From Candidatus Omnitrophota bacterium (GTDB taxonomy: Bacteria; Omnitrophota; Gorgyraeia; Duberdicusellales; 4484-171): a stretch of 64,000 nt of DNA. Under the pieces are notes generated by a model. That model did no database searches. It saw nothing but the letters and a program-made list of their open reading frames with translations, and was not told where the DNA came from. The translations under genes and the position numbers were made by a program. Position 1 is the stretch's first letter. Every line of letters begins with the position of its first letter. The stretch is from the NCBI GenBank assembly GCA_024231025.1, contig JAAEQW010000256.1, forward strand, positions 66,954-130,953. The letters run 5' to 3'. This document shows positions 39,499-48,690 of the stretch, in pieces.

Positions 39499-39694
39499 TG
39501 ATTTTTTAACAGGGAGGTATTAAAATTCCAAATAACAAATCCCAAATCACAAACAAATCACAATGATTAAAATTCAAAACAGGAAAAGACACGTTTTTGG
39601 TCATTTGATATTGGAATTTGGTAATTGTTTGTGATTTGTTTTTTGGAGCTTGTATTTTTTGACAATATGATTTCTTAATGGGGGAGGTGAAGGG

Positions 39695-39931
39695 ATGTTG
39701 ATACGCAAAAAAGCGCAAGGAATTTTGGAGTATACCCTGCTTTTAGGGGCAATCATCGCGGTGGTCGTTACGGTAATGATGAAAAAGGATAGCGGTGTAG
39801 CCGCTAGGGTTAAAAAGACTTATGAAAAAGCAGGGACGGCGATTGATAAAACAAATAAAGACTTAAACGTTGGCGTTTTTGCACCACCGGCGAGTACTGT
39901 TCCCGGAGAAGTAACCGTGCGGCGGCGCTGA
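39695..39931 (+). CDS. Pilin-like protein with a class-III-like signal
   Basis: RBS GGAGGTGAAGGG; N-terminus MLIRKKAQGILEYTLLLGAIIAVVV. Confidence 0.75.
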   Translation: MLIRKKAQGILEYTLLLGAIIAVVVTVMMKKDSGVAARVKKTYEKAGTAIDKTNKDLNVGVFAPPASTVPGEVTVRRR

Positions 39932-39975
39932 TGATGATTAGTATATGGTAATTACGTTTTTAAGGAGGTGAAGCA

Positions 39976-40167
39976 ATGTTGATACGCAAAAAAGCACAGG
40001 GAATTTTGGAGTACACCCTGCTTTTAGGGGCAATCATCGCGGTGGTTGTTACGGTGATGATGAAAGAAGGGGGCGTAGCAAGTAAAGTTTCAGATACTTA
40101 CGAGAAAGCAGCGACGGCAATTGAGACGACAACCGATGATTTAACGTCGGGTGTTTTTGGGCCTTGA
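39976..40167 (+). CDS. Pilin-like protein, a paralogue identical to the previous one over its N-terminal 30 aa
   Basis: N-terminus MLIRKKAQGILEYTLLLGAIIAVVV. Confidence 0.75.
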   Translation: MLIRKKAQGILEYTLLLGAIIAVVVTVMMKEGGVASKVSDTYEKAATAIETTTDDLTSGVFGP

Positions 40168-40206
40168 TCGATATATAGTAACCATGTTTTTAAGGAGGTG
40201 AAAGAA

Positions 40207-40617
40207 ATGTTATTACGAAAAAAAGCACAATCAACCGCGGAATATGCAATTACCATTGGTTTAGTAGTTGCGGTTGCCGCAGGCATCATGCAAGTTGCCC
40301 TAAAGAATGGAATGCGTCAAAAGAGCAAGGAAGCTAATGATATTTTGCGCCGAGCAGGTACCGCTGCGATGGGGAGTATGGACGTTGACACGACTATTTT
40401 TGGTGGTGCGTCAACGGGTCTTAACCCTGATGCACAAGGGGCGTTTAACGTTTACAACGAAAGTGCGCGCTCAACAGTGGTTGACCAAGAAAGCTATCTT
40501 GATAAAACTATTCTTGAGAAGGGCGGAGCCGAAAAGAAACTTCAACACCGTGAAACGGTAACTACGTCGATGGATGTCGATAATTTTGAAAATGTAAATA
40601 AAGATACTACGCCATAG
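40207..40617 (+). CDS. Pilin-like protein with a longer C-terminal domain
   Basis: N-terminus MLLRKKAQSTAEYAITIGLVVAVAAG. ATG 40207 has the same RBS spacing as its paralogues; the ORF track begins at GTG 40198. Confidence 0.7.
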   Translation: MLLRKKAQSTAEYAITIGLVVAVAAGIMQVALKNGMRQKSKEANDILRRAGTAAMGSMDVDTTIFGGASTGLNPDAQGAFNVYNESARSTVVDQESYLDKTILEKGGAEKKLQHRETVTTSMDVDNFENVNKDTTP

Positions 40618-40654
40618 AAAATGAATAATGAAACCTAAAAAGGGGGGTGAAAAA

Positions 40655-41143
40655 ATGTTTTTACGCAAACAAAGAAAGTCGCAATCTATCTTAGAGTACG
40701 CTCTTTTATTGGGGGTAATTGTTGCCGCGATTTTGATTATGCAAACATTCGTTAAAAGAGGTTTTCAAGGGCGAATGAAGGATTCCGCCGATAGAATCGG
40801 CGGCGGTGAAACATTTTCAACTAGTGATACCGCAATTATTAGCACCAATACGATGACTTCTGACCAAGTTATTGTTGACGTTAAGGGCACCGCAGGTGCA
40901 GATGGTGCGATGCATGGTTTACTCACCGATGCGATTGGTGCAAAGCTTGCCGATCAAGCCGTAGTCGATATCGTAGGAAAGGGTGCGGCCGCTGCGAACG
41001 CACGTTTTGGTGGTGACATGACTTCCGAGACATTGCAGAAAACTTCTGATGCAACCAGTGAAGCTTATCGTCAAGCGGATTACACCGAGGCTGTAGTTGA
41101 AGATTTTGAGGATGACGACATTATTGACGCATTTGGTGACTAA
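40655..41143 (+). CDS. Pilin-like protein with a C-terminal domain
   Basis: N-terminus MFLRKQRKSQSILEYALLLGVIVAAIL; the likely start is the internal ATG 40655. Confidence 0.7.
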   Translation: MFLRKQRKSQSILEYALLLGVIVAAILIMQTFVKRGFQGRMKDSADRIGGGETFSTSDTAIISTNTMTSDQVIVDVKGTAGADGAMHGLLTDAIGAKLADQAVVDIVGKGAAAANARFGGDMTSETLQKTSDATSEAYRQADYTEAVVEDFEDDDIIDAFGD

Positions 41144-41222
41144 ATAGGCCATTGCTTGCGTATAGAGCTTTAGCGGTTTTTGAGTGTGCGCTATGCGCGC
41201 GTGAGCAAAAGGGTAAAGGATT

Positions 41223-41591
41223 ATGAAACTTAGAAAAGGACAGAGCATTTTGGAGTATGCCGTTTTACTTGCGGTGATTATTGCGGCACTGGCGGTTATG
41301 CAGACTTACATTAAGCGAGCCTATCAGGGTCGCCTAAAGCGTGAGGCGGATAATTTGGGCCAGCAATATTCTCCGGGGCACACAGTTACATTAAACGCAA
41401 CTGTGACCGAAAGTGATTCGGTAACCTATAGTGGTGGCAAAACCGACCCTGATGATTCTGATCTTATCGATGGAGAAGTGGAAGTTCCCGATGGGGTAAG
41501 CGTAACCTTTACCAAAACCAGCACGCGTACCGAACGCAGAGAAGGAATAGATTCTTACGCTACAGAGTTTGACGACGAAGATGACGATTAA
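41223..41591 (+). CDS. Pilin-like protein with an acidic C-terminus
   Basis: N-terminus MKLRKGQSILEYAVLLAVIIAALAV. Confidence 0.7.
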   Translation: MKLRKGQSILEYAVLLAVIIAALAVMQTYIKRAYQGRLKREADNLGQQYSPGHTVTLNATVTESDSVTYSGGKTDPDDSDLIDGEVEVPDGVSVTFTKTSTRTERREGIDSYATEFDDEDDD

Positions 41592-41663
41592 GATAAGGTT
41601 GTAGCGATTGCATGCAGGTATAATCTTAGTAGATTATACCTGAAGATTATACCAGGAGGACGA

Positions 41664-42170
41664 GTGAGTATGTTTTTGCGCAGGGGCCATAGTGTGATTG
41701 GGTGGATGCTGGTCTTTTCAGTGTTAATTTCGGTTACGGCCCTATTTAGAGCATCTTTAAAGCGCGAAATCGATAAAAAAGCGCGCGCTACCTCTGACTA
41801 TATTTTCTGGACCGGTTGGAAAACCGCAGACGGGACCGAAAATATGGAAGTTCCCCGCGATGACGACATTTTCAAACGCGATAAAAATTCAAAAGCAAAA
41901 ATTGTTGCCCATAACGAACAGAAACAATCTGTCGTCGAACGGAAAAAAGATTTTGTCACGATCGATTACAGTAGAGATCTTGATGGTAAACTGCATTCTG
42001 ATGTGACGAGATATAAAAGGGGTATTAATTATAACTATGAGAATGAGGACGCAAGAAGGATAATTTCTGCAGGAACCGGGAAGAATCAAGAGTATCTTTT
42101 AGATCGATTTGATCTTAATCATGATAAGTTTAAAATGGATGCTTCAGAGGACTTTGACACTGATGAATAG
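41664..42170 (+). CDS. Minor pilin / pseudopilin-like protein
   Basis: N-terminal hydrophobic helix MLVFSVLISVTALF following a basic stretch; lies in the pilin array. Confidence 0.4.
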   Translation: MSMFLRRGHSVIGWMLVFSVLISVTALFRASLKREIDKKARATSDYIFWTGWKTADGTENMEVPRDDDIFKRDKNSKAKIVAHNEQKQSVVERKKDFVTIDYSRDLDGKLHSDVTRYKRGINYNYENEDARRIISAGTGKNQEYLLDRFDLNHDKFKMDASEDFDTDE

Positions 42171-42966
42171 TAAATTTAAAAAAAGAGTTAGGGCGCAAGC
42201 TATAGCGGAGCTGGCAATTATGGGCAGTTTGATTATGGTTGCCTTCAGTATGATTTTATCTTATGGCCATCGCTTAGACAGAATACAAAACTTAAAAATG
42301 AAAACGTTCAGAGAGGCTCTGCGCAAAGCTTATTATAAAAACAGCACAGTAAACGTTACCAAGCGGGTCGATAGCCGTTCGGTGGATTTATTTAATTTTG
42401 GTAAGGGTCAGCCTTCAACCGCGCAGGCATCGGCGGCGGTAATGTGGCACAAAGGTATGCCGGGTGCGCAAGACACAAATGATGCTGCATTTAGCTTTTA
42501 TAGCATAAATGGTGTATATATTGGAGAGTACGGGTTCGCTGAGACTACTGGGCTTCCTAGGTACCACAAAACAGTTATTGGTGCAACTGGGGCAGAGTCT
42601 GAAATTCATAGTCCGGTGAGCGTTTATCGTGAAGAGTCAAAAAGGTATAGTTTTTATTCTGGAAATAAAGAGAAATCGGAAAGCGAGGATGGCATAGAAA
42701 ACGTTCGCTATGCTGATTTGCGTGACGATCTTGATATAAAAGTTAAAACTCGTTTTGATGCTGCCAAATACGATTCACGATTGGGTCCGGATGATCCCGA
42801 GCAGGAGTCACCTAAATATACACAGCATAGAAAATATGATTTAAAACAAACCGCGGTCTTTGATCCTTTGCTTGATGATGATACAATAACTTACAAAGAT
42901 GTAGAGGATGTCGATAGTGATTATCATGGTATTCATGTTGAAAGAACTCGGCATACGCCAAATTAA
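42163..42966 (+). CDS. TadE-like pseudopilin
   Basis: N-terminus MNSKFKKRVRAQAIAELAIMGSLIMVAF resembles the TadE/TadF N-terminal motif. The start overlaps the previous stop (ATGAATAG). Confidence 0.5.
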   Translation: MNSKFKKRVRAQAIAELAIMGSLIMVAFSMILSYGHRLDRIQNLKMKTFREALRKAYYKNSTVNVTKRVDSRSVDLFNFGKGQPSTAQASAAVMWHKGMPGAQDTNDAAFSFYSINGVYIGEYGFAETTGLPRYHKTVIGATGAESEIHSPVSVYREESKRYSFYSGNKEKSESEDGIENVRYADLRDDLDIKVKTRFDAAKYDSRLGPDDPEQESPKYTQHRKYDLKQTAVFDPLLDDDTITYKDVEDVDSDYHGIHVERTRHTPN

Positions 42967-43199
42967 TGGCAACAAAAATTTTATAAAAATTGGATTGTAA
43001 TTTGTAGTTTGTATATTATAATTTGTTTGTAATTTGTAATTTGTAGTTTGTAAGTTTTAAGTCCGGAAAATTCCGTAAAACGGGAAATCCTTAATTCTTA
43101 TCACTTACGACTTACGACTTATAACTTTACTCACGGGAGGTAAATATCAGTAAAAGAAGGCACAGTAAAAAAGGTTTCAAGAGGTGGGGTCAATCCATT

Positions 43200-44825
43200 T
43201 TGGGTTTTGTTTTTGCCTTTATCGCTTTAATGCTTCTTGTAATCGGCCTTACTCGCATTTGGATATGGTTTAACGCTAATTATGCCGGTCGTGCGGTTGG
43301 TTATCAAAATAGTCGGCTTGTTGCCGGAGGTGGAGAGTTAAGATCGGAAGGTGTTGGCAGTAATGCGAAGTTAGCAGAAGCCTATATGAAGGAAAGTATT
43401 CATGGCGAGCAGGGTTACTACGGCACAGAAGGTTACCTGAAAGACTTCAATCGATTTTTTTTAACTAAGGACTGGGTATTTAGGGGGGTTTCTAGCGGTA
43501 CAATTGATGACGGTCTAAGTGGTGGAATCACCGAAGCTGAGATTAATGATTGTTGTGAGGGTTGTTGTTCGGCTACCTCCTATGATAATGATATCTGCTC
43601 TTGTAAGGATCCCGGTGATTGCGGTGTTGGCGATGATTATGATAGTAATTGCGTTTGCCATGCTCATTGTGCCTGTGATGCTTCGGTTGCGGCCCAAATT
43701 TGGCTCTTAGAGAATCAAGCAGGGCTTTTAATTGAACAGGGAAACTCCCTAGAGGATAATGCAAGGTCATTAAGAAAGGCGGCTGGTGAGTGTGATGACC
43801 CCTGGGAGTTGTGTTTTTGGGGTGATTGGGGCAAAACTCCTCGCGAGCTAAGAAGTGCAGCCGCTGAATTAGACGATATGGCCTTAGAATTGTTTCTTGA
43901 GGCTGGCGCTTGGAAGACTACGTTTCATGAGGGTGATAATCCGGCGCATAATGATCAAGGCTACTATACTTTTTCTGATTATCTAGATCATAGAGCTACA
44001 GTAGATGAAAGTATAATAGGCAAAGGCGGAATCACTGATAGGATGCGCGAATGTTGCAAAATAGATGACGCTCCGTCACAAAAAGAATGCATTAATGCTG
44101 CTCGAACCGAAGCAGGAGATAGCTGTGATAGTTTAGTTTACAACTATGAGCTTGAACTAGTTGGCGAGCAAAGAAAATATCTTGAAAAATTGAGTGATGC
44201 AAGAGAGATCCTTGAGGATTTAGAGCCGGCAGTAACTGAGTGTGGCGTGAGTGCTGCTAATGGGTGTAGATCTGCATGCATGGGCAAGTGTACCACTTTT
44301 TGCCGTGATGCTGAAGGTGTTCCCTATGAATGTGTAGATGACGCCTGTTATCGAAATTGCCTCGGTCCGGTTGATGAGTGCACCCACGGTGCTAATTGCT
44401 ATGAGACGTGTTACCCTATTAGAAAAGAGCAATGTTGCCGTGACTATTGCGGTCCGAATTGTAGCGACGGTAATGGGTGGGGAAGAAATTGCGATAGTGC
44501 AGCTCCAATTGAAGCAAGTAGGCAGCATGAAAATGGCTTTATCGGCGGTTTAATTGGTGATACTGATCCCTCTGATAGTGCTGAGGAAATTATTGGAGCT
44601 TTTATTCCCGCGGCAAAGGATCATCTTGAAACAATCATTAGCGCGAAAGAGGCAATAGCGACCTGTTGCGCACAAGAGGCAGAAGATGCGGAAGAGGCAC
44701 AAGAGTTTGAAATCAATGAATTTAGTGAACAAGTAGAGTGTATAAGTGAAAAATTAGGCAACGCGTTGCTTTCTCCGGAGACATTAAAAAAAGGAGAGTA
44801 TGACGAATTCATGGGTGAGGAGTAA
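43200..44825 (+). CDS. Cys-rich (>40 Cys) large protein with a pilin-like N-terminal TM segment; candidate pilus-associated adhesin or minor pilin
   Basis: The frame is open upstream to 43146 and encodes ..KKGFKRWGQSILGFVFAFIALMLLV after a GGAGG RBS (43136-43140), but there is no ATG; the candidate starts are ATC 43146 or TTG 43200. Cys clusters include CCEGCCSATSYDNDICSCKDPGDCG. Confidence 0.6.
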   Translation: MGFVFAFIALMLLVIGLTRIWIWFNANYAGRAVGYQNSRLVAGGGELRSEGVGSNAKLAEAYMKESIHGEQGYYGTEGYLKDFNRFFLTKDWVFRGVSSGTIDDGLSGGITEAEINDCCEGCCSATSYDNDICSCKDPGDCGVGDDYDSNCVCHAHCACDASVAAQIWLLENQAGLLIEQGNSLEDNARSLRKAAGECDDPWELCFWGDWGKTPRELRSAAAELDDMALELFLEAGAWKTTFHEGDNPAHNDQGYYTFSDYLDHRATVDESIIGKGGITDRMRECCKIDDAPSQKECINAARTEAGDSCDSLVYNYELELVGEQRKYLEKLSDAREILEDLEPAVTECGVSAANGCRSACMGKCTTFCRDAEGVPYECVDDACYRNCLGPVDECTHGANCYETCYPIRKEQCCRDYCGPNCSDGNGWGRNCDSAAPIEASRQHENGFIGGLIGDTDPSDSAEEIIGAFIPAAKDHLETIISAKEAIATCCAQEAEDAEEAQEFEINEFSEQVECISEKLGNALLSPETLKKGEYDEFMGEE

Positions 44826-44840
44826 TGAGGTGACTTTATT

Positions 44841-46259
44841 ATGATGGTATTTTTTTCAAAAAACAAAGCTAATTATCGCAAGGGTCAGATTTTTCCCTTT
44901 TTACTTGCCCTGGTTGTTGTGATTATGATTATGTTAATGATTACAGTTAATTTGGGTCGTATTGGTGTGTTTAAAACCGATGTGTCAAATGCTGCTGATG
45001 CCGGTGCATTGGCCGGTGCAAGTGTATTAAGTGCGACTTTGCTTGAAATGGGTCTTAAGAATGACAGTATTTTTGGTTATGCGTTAACAATGTTTGGCTG
45101 TATTATTGTTGCGATAATTGCTTTTATGTATGTTGCAGCAATTGCTTGTGCGATTTCGCTTTTAATAACAATGTGGTCGGAATACTTTATAGTCAAAGGG
45201 GCCGGTGTTGTTGGTTGGGGAAACGCTAAAAAAACAGCGATCCAATATGCTTTTCAGAATGCCGGTATTGATGAACCGCGGCCCAGCTTTAAGCATTTTT
45301 TAGTTAAGGGCTGCGGGTTCTCTGAAGCCGAAGTCACCGAACTTCCACCGAATACAATTTCTGATCGTTACGATGAATATATGAACCAAAAATCTCGTCG
45401 TTCCCGTGACCACGGACGCAGTGGTTTTGGTAGATTTTTGGCAGACGATGAAAATGGTTTTTGGCGCCACACTATTGCTCCGGGTGATCGTCCGCCTCAC
45501 AAAGTGCACGCTGAATACGCTTGGAATAAAGATGGCACCAATTGCTGGGATGACGGTATTTGTAATAACCAGCCATTTGATAGTTGCCCCACTAGAGATC
45601 GTACTGCTGACTCAAGTGATAATTCAATATCACCTGAGTCAGCCTCAGATTGCATGGATAATTACGACTACAGCGTTAAGGTTGAAGTTAGCGGTGTAAA
45701 AATGTATGGAATTAAAATGTGGAGTTTTTTGGAGGGTGCCGAGCTGGTTACTTGTATGATCAACTATGTTTTAGGTAAGATAAACTGGCCGAGTTGGCTG
45801 GAGTGGCTGGGTAGTATTTTAAAGTTTATTATGTCGATATTTGGTTGGTTTCTTAATAAACTAGTTGCTACAATTTCTCCTTCAGGTTTTCGGCTAATGG
45901 GCGGTGATATAGTACAAACTGCCAAAAGTCCCTTAACAGTAACGGTTATAAAAAGAACAAGAGGTGGGAATGTTGGCTTCTGGAATTTTGTCTATGGTAA
46001 TAGCGATAATGAAGTTAGGGCAAGATCATCCGCGGTTGCCGGCTGGAATGAAAATCCTAATAATCCCGGTTTTGATTTTGAAGGGTGCGGTTGTCGAAGC
46101 ATTATTCCCACAGGAGGGTATACAAATTGTAAGGGGGGGGACTTAAAAGTTACCGGATTGTGTAATATACTCGTTGGTCTTCTTAAGGGTGATGCCGATT
46201 GGCAATATATGAATACAAAATATCATTTATTTGAAACTCGTTTAACTGCGGCGCAATAA
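44841..46259 (+). CDS. TadG-like pilus-associated protein
   Basis: N-terminus RKGQIFPFLLALVVVIMIML...SNAADAGALAGASVLS resembles the Tad_N/TadG N-terminal module. Confidence 0.5.
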   Translation: MMVFFSKNKANYRKGQIFPFLLALVVVIMIMLMITVNLGRIGVFKTDVSNAADAGALAGASVLSATLLEMGLKNDSIFGYALTMFGCIIVAIIAFMYVAAIACAISLLITMWSEYFIVKGAGVVGWGNAKKTAIQYAFQNAGIDEPRPSFKHFLVKGCGFSEAEVTELPPNTISDRYDEYMNQKSRRSRDHGRSGFGRFLADDENGFWRHTIAPGDRPPHKVHAEYAWNKDGTNCWDDGICNNQPFDSCPTRDRTADSSDNSISPESASDCMDNYDYSVKVEVSGVKMYGIKMWSFLEGAELVTCMINYVLGKINWPSWLEWLGSILKFIMSIFGWFLNKLVATISPSGFRLMGGDIVQTAKSPLTVTVIKRTRGGNVGFWNFVYGNSDNEVRARSSAVAGWNENPNNPGFDFEGCGCRSIIPTGGYTNCKGGDLKVTGLCNILVGLLKGDADWQYMNTKYHLFETRLTAAQ

Positions 46260-46261
46260 TT

Positions 46262-47110
46262 ATGGATATAAAAAAGTTAGCCGTGATTTTAAGTTTGTTT
46301 ATTGTTGGTTCGGTTTTTGCGGTGGACTTCCCTATTCCTCAGCCGCCACAAGGGCAAATGATTGACACCCATAGTATTGCTATGGGGGGGATTAATGTTA
46401 CCTCTTATGTTTATAGAAGCAGCAAAAAAAAGAGTGAGTTGGTTGATTACTACAAAGAGTTGTTTGATAAAAAAGAATTCAAACTCATTTTAGATCAAAA
46501 AGATTCCTCACGCGACAAGCGGCTTCTGCGTTATCGGCGCGAAGATTTAGTGATGACAGTTGCGATTTTGCCCAAAGATGGCGAAACTGAAGTTGTAATC
46601 GCAAAGTATATTCAACCTGAAGGAACTGCACCGCCGGAGGAGCGTAAAATGTCTTTTCAGGAAATGCTTGGGCAAATGCCAAAAGAAGACGAGGCCGGGG
46701 GTGATTTGGATGTTGTTCCGCGACCGCCGGATAGTGTGCGCATTCATTCTTATGTTCGAGGAAATGTGGCAGTTATTATTTATAATAGCGCTATTTCAGT
46801 AGAATCGTTAAGGGATTTTTACGATAATCAAATGGGATTGCACGGTTGGAAAAAAAATAAAGATATCGCAACCGGCGAGGTGGCACGTTCTTATAATACT
46901 GAAAAAGGTTTAAAAAAGGCATCGCCGATGGGAATGAGCTTTGCTTCAGATGTAAATGTTGGACAACTTATGCAGGGCGGTCGCAAGTTGCTTTTTCATG
47001 GACGGATGGGTAGTGCCGATATCACCCTATTAAATGCCGGTTCTGAAGATGAACCGCTAACGATAGTAACGATTAATTACAGAGAAGACGAAGAAATATA
47101 CGGAGAGTAG
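46262..47110 (+). CDS. Secreted hypothetical protein
   Basis: Signal peptide MDIKKLAVILSLFIVGSVFA; tightly linked to the TadG-like gene. Confidence 0.5.
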   Translation: MDIKKLAVILSLFIVGSVFAVDFPIPQPPQGQMIDTHSIAMGGINVTSYVYRSSKKKSELVDYYKELFDKKEFKLILDQKDSSRDKRLLRYRREDLVMTVAILPKDGETEVVIAKYIQPEGTAPPEERKMSFQEMLGQMPKEDEAGGDLDVVPRPPDSVRIHSYVRGNVAVIIYNSAISVESLRDFYDNQMGLHGWKKNKDIATGEVARSYNTEKGLKKASPMGMSFASDVNVGQLMQGGRKLLFHGRMGSADITLLNAGSEDEPLTIVTINYREDEEIYGE

Positions 47111-47111
47111 C

Positions 47112-47306
47112 ATGTTGCCAAGAAAGAAAAAATTATCACAAGCTGTAATTGGCTATGCTATTTTATTCTGCCTTATAGTATCAGCTTTGCTTATTGTTGG
47201 CCGCTACGTGAGAAATGCTTTTTCCGGTAGAGTCCGCCAAGCCGGTGATTCATTCGGCAGCGGCGAAGTATACGCCCCCTACGGTCCCGATGCCAGTAGG
47301 GATTAG
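47112..47306 (+). CDS. Small pilin-like protein
   Basis: N-terminus MLPRKKKLSQAVIGYAILFCLIVSALLIV. Confidence 0.55.
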   Translation: MLPRKKKLSQAVIGYAILFCLIVSALLIVGRYVRNAFSGRVRQAGDSFGSGEVYAPYGPDASRD

Positions 47307-47447
47307 AAATAATTATAGAAACCATGCCAGGAAAACGTCGAACCATAAGATTAAAGAATTATAATTACGCCTAAAATGGGATATATTGTGTAACAATATG
47401 CGCGTATAATCGCAAATATTTATTTGGAAGGATAAAAAATAATTGTA

Positions 47448-47675
47448 GGGGCACAGCGTGCTGTGCCCTCAATAAATATGGTAAAATTATTTATGATGAA
47501 TTGTGGATTTAATCCGTAATATCCATTGAATAATTAATATCGTAGGGGCGAATAATTATTCGCCCGTAAAAACGTCTTCCTTACGTAATTAAAATCCGTA
47601 AATATATTATCGATAATCCCATAAATTGGATTAATGATGATGAAAACAATAAAGAGGGCACAGCACGCTGTGCCC
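47448..47675. repeat. Internally deleted RAYT3 remnant bounded by two REP3 palindromes
   Basis: REP3 at 47448-47469 and 47655-47675. A 5' fragment is homologous to 22576-22608, and a 3' fragment (47595-47654) is homologous to 22887-22951. A further palindrome GGGCGAATAATTATTCGCCC lies at 47545-47564. Confidence 0.75.
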
Positions 47676-47847
47676 CTACAGATAATCTCATTAAATAATT
47701 ATAAATCGGTTTATTTTTATTGCCCTTCTTTCACGTTCTTAATTACTCCATTCCCTGTTTTTGCTTTACATCCCACCTCTTCAAAAGTATAATGTAATAA
47801 GACTTGAGGGCTGTTGCAAAATACAATAGCCAATTAATAAATAACCT

Positions 47848-48690
47848 ATGACTACAGCAATTTATTTAGCAGTTTTTGTCTCGGCAGTCCTTATCTTTAA
47901 TGTTATCGCCACTTATTTGTTTACCACTTGGTTTAAATGGCAGGCGAAACAGGCAAAGATGATGACAAACAAGCTGGATGATTCCTTTATCTTTCTTGAA
48001 AAGAAAAAGGTAATTGTCTTAACCGCTGCCCCTTTGATTCTAGGCTTTATTACTTACCTTTTATTAGGTAACATATTTATTGCTATTGCCGGTGGCTCTA
48101 TCGGTTTGGCTGTACCAACACTAATCGCTAATGCTGCAAAACAAAAACGAATTAAGGATTTTCAGGATCAGCTAGTCGACACCTTGATGATTTTTTCTTC
48201 TTCTCTTAAGGGCGGTTTAAGTTTTATTCAAGCGCTGGAGATTGTTTGTGAAGAAATGCCCACTCCAACCAGCCAAGAGTTTGGCCTTATATTAAAGGAA
48301 AATAAGCTTGGTGTGGGTTTAGAGGATTCACTGGAAGGATTGCGCAAACGAATGCCTTTAGAAGAGGTTGGGCTTATTGTGAGTTCGATTTTAGTGGCTA
48401 AAGAAACCGGCGGTGAGTTAACCAGGGTTTTTAGCCGTTTGGTTGAGACCATTCGCGATAATGTTAAATTAAAAGAAAAAATAGCAACGCTTACTTTGCA
48501 AGGTAAATTGCAAGGCTACATTATGGCGTGCTTGCCATTTGTTTTTACCTTTTTCGTTTATAAACAGAATCCGGAGCATTTTAGTGTTATGCTGGAGTCT
48601 CAATTTGGCCAGATGCTTCTTGCTGGTGCGATTGTTTGGCAGATAATTGGTATGGTTTTAATCAGAGTAATGAGTAAATTAAAAGTATGA
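47848..48690 (+). CDS. tadB: Tad pilus inner-membrane platform protein TadB-like (T2SS F domain)
   Basis: T2SSF-type membrane topology; sits next to the tadC-like gene. Confidence 0.7.
   Translation: MTTAIYLAVFVSAVLIFNVIATYLFTTWFKWQAKQAKMMTNKLDDSFIFLEKKKVIVLTAAPLILGFITYLLLGNIFIAIAGGSIGLAVPTLIANAAKQKRIKDFQDQLVDTLMIFSSSLKGGLSFIQALEIVCEEMPTPTSQEFGLILKENKLGVGLEDSLEGLRKRMPLEEVGLIVSSILVAKETGGELTRVFSRLVETIRDNVKLKEKIATLTLQGKLQGYIMACLPFVFTFFVYKQNPEHFSVMLESQFGQMLLAGAIVWQIIGMVLIRVMSKLKV

Noticed and set aside
39659-39664. TTGACA hexamer before pilin gene 39695 as an internal promoter
   Set aside because: It is only 30 nt from the start codon, and the would-be -10 overlaps the RBS. It more probably belongs to the spacer or hairpin than to a functional promoter.
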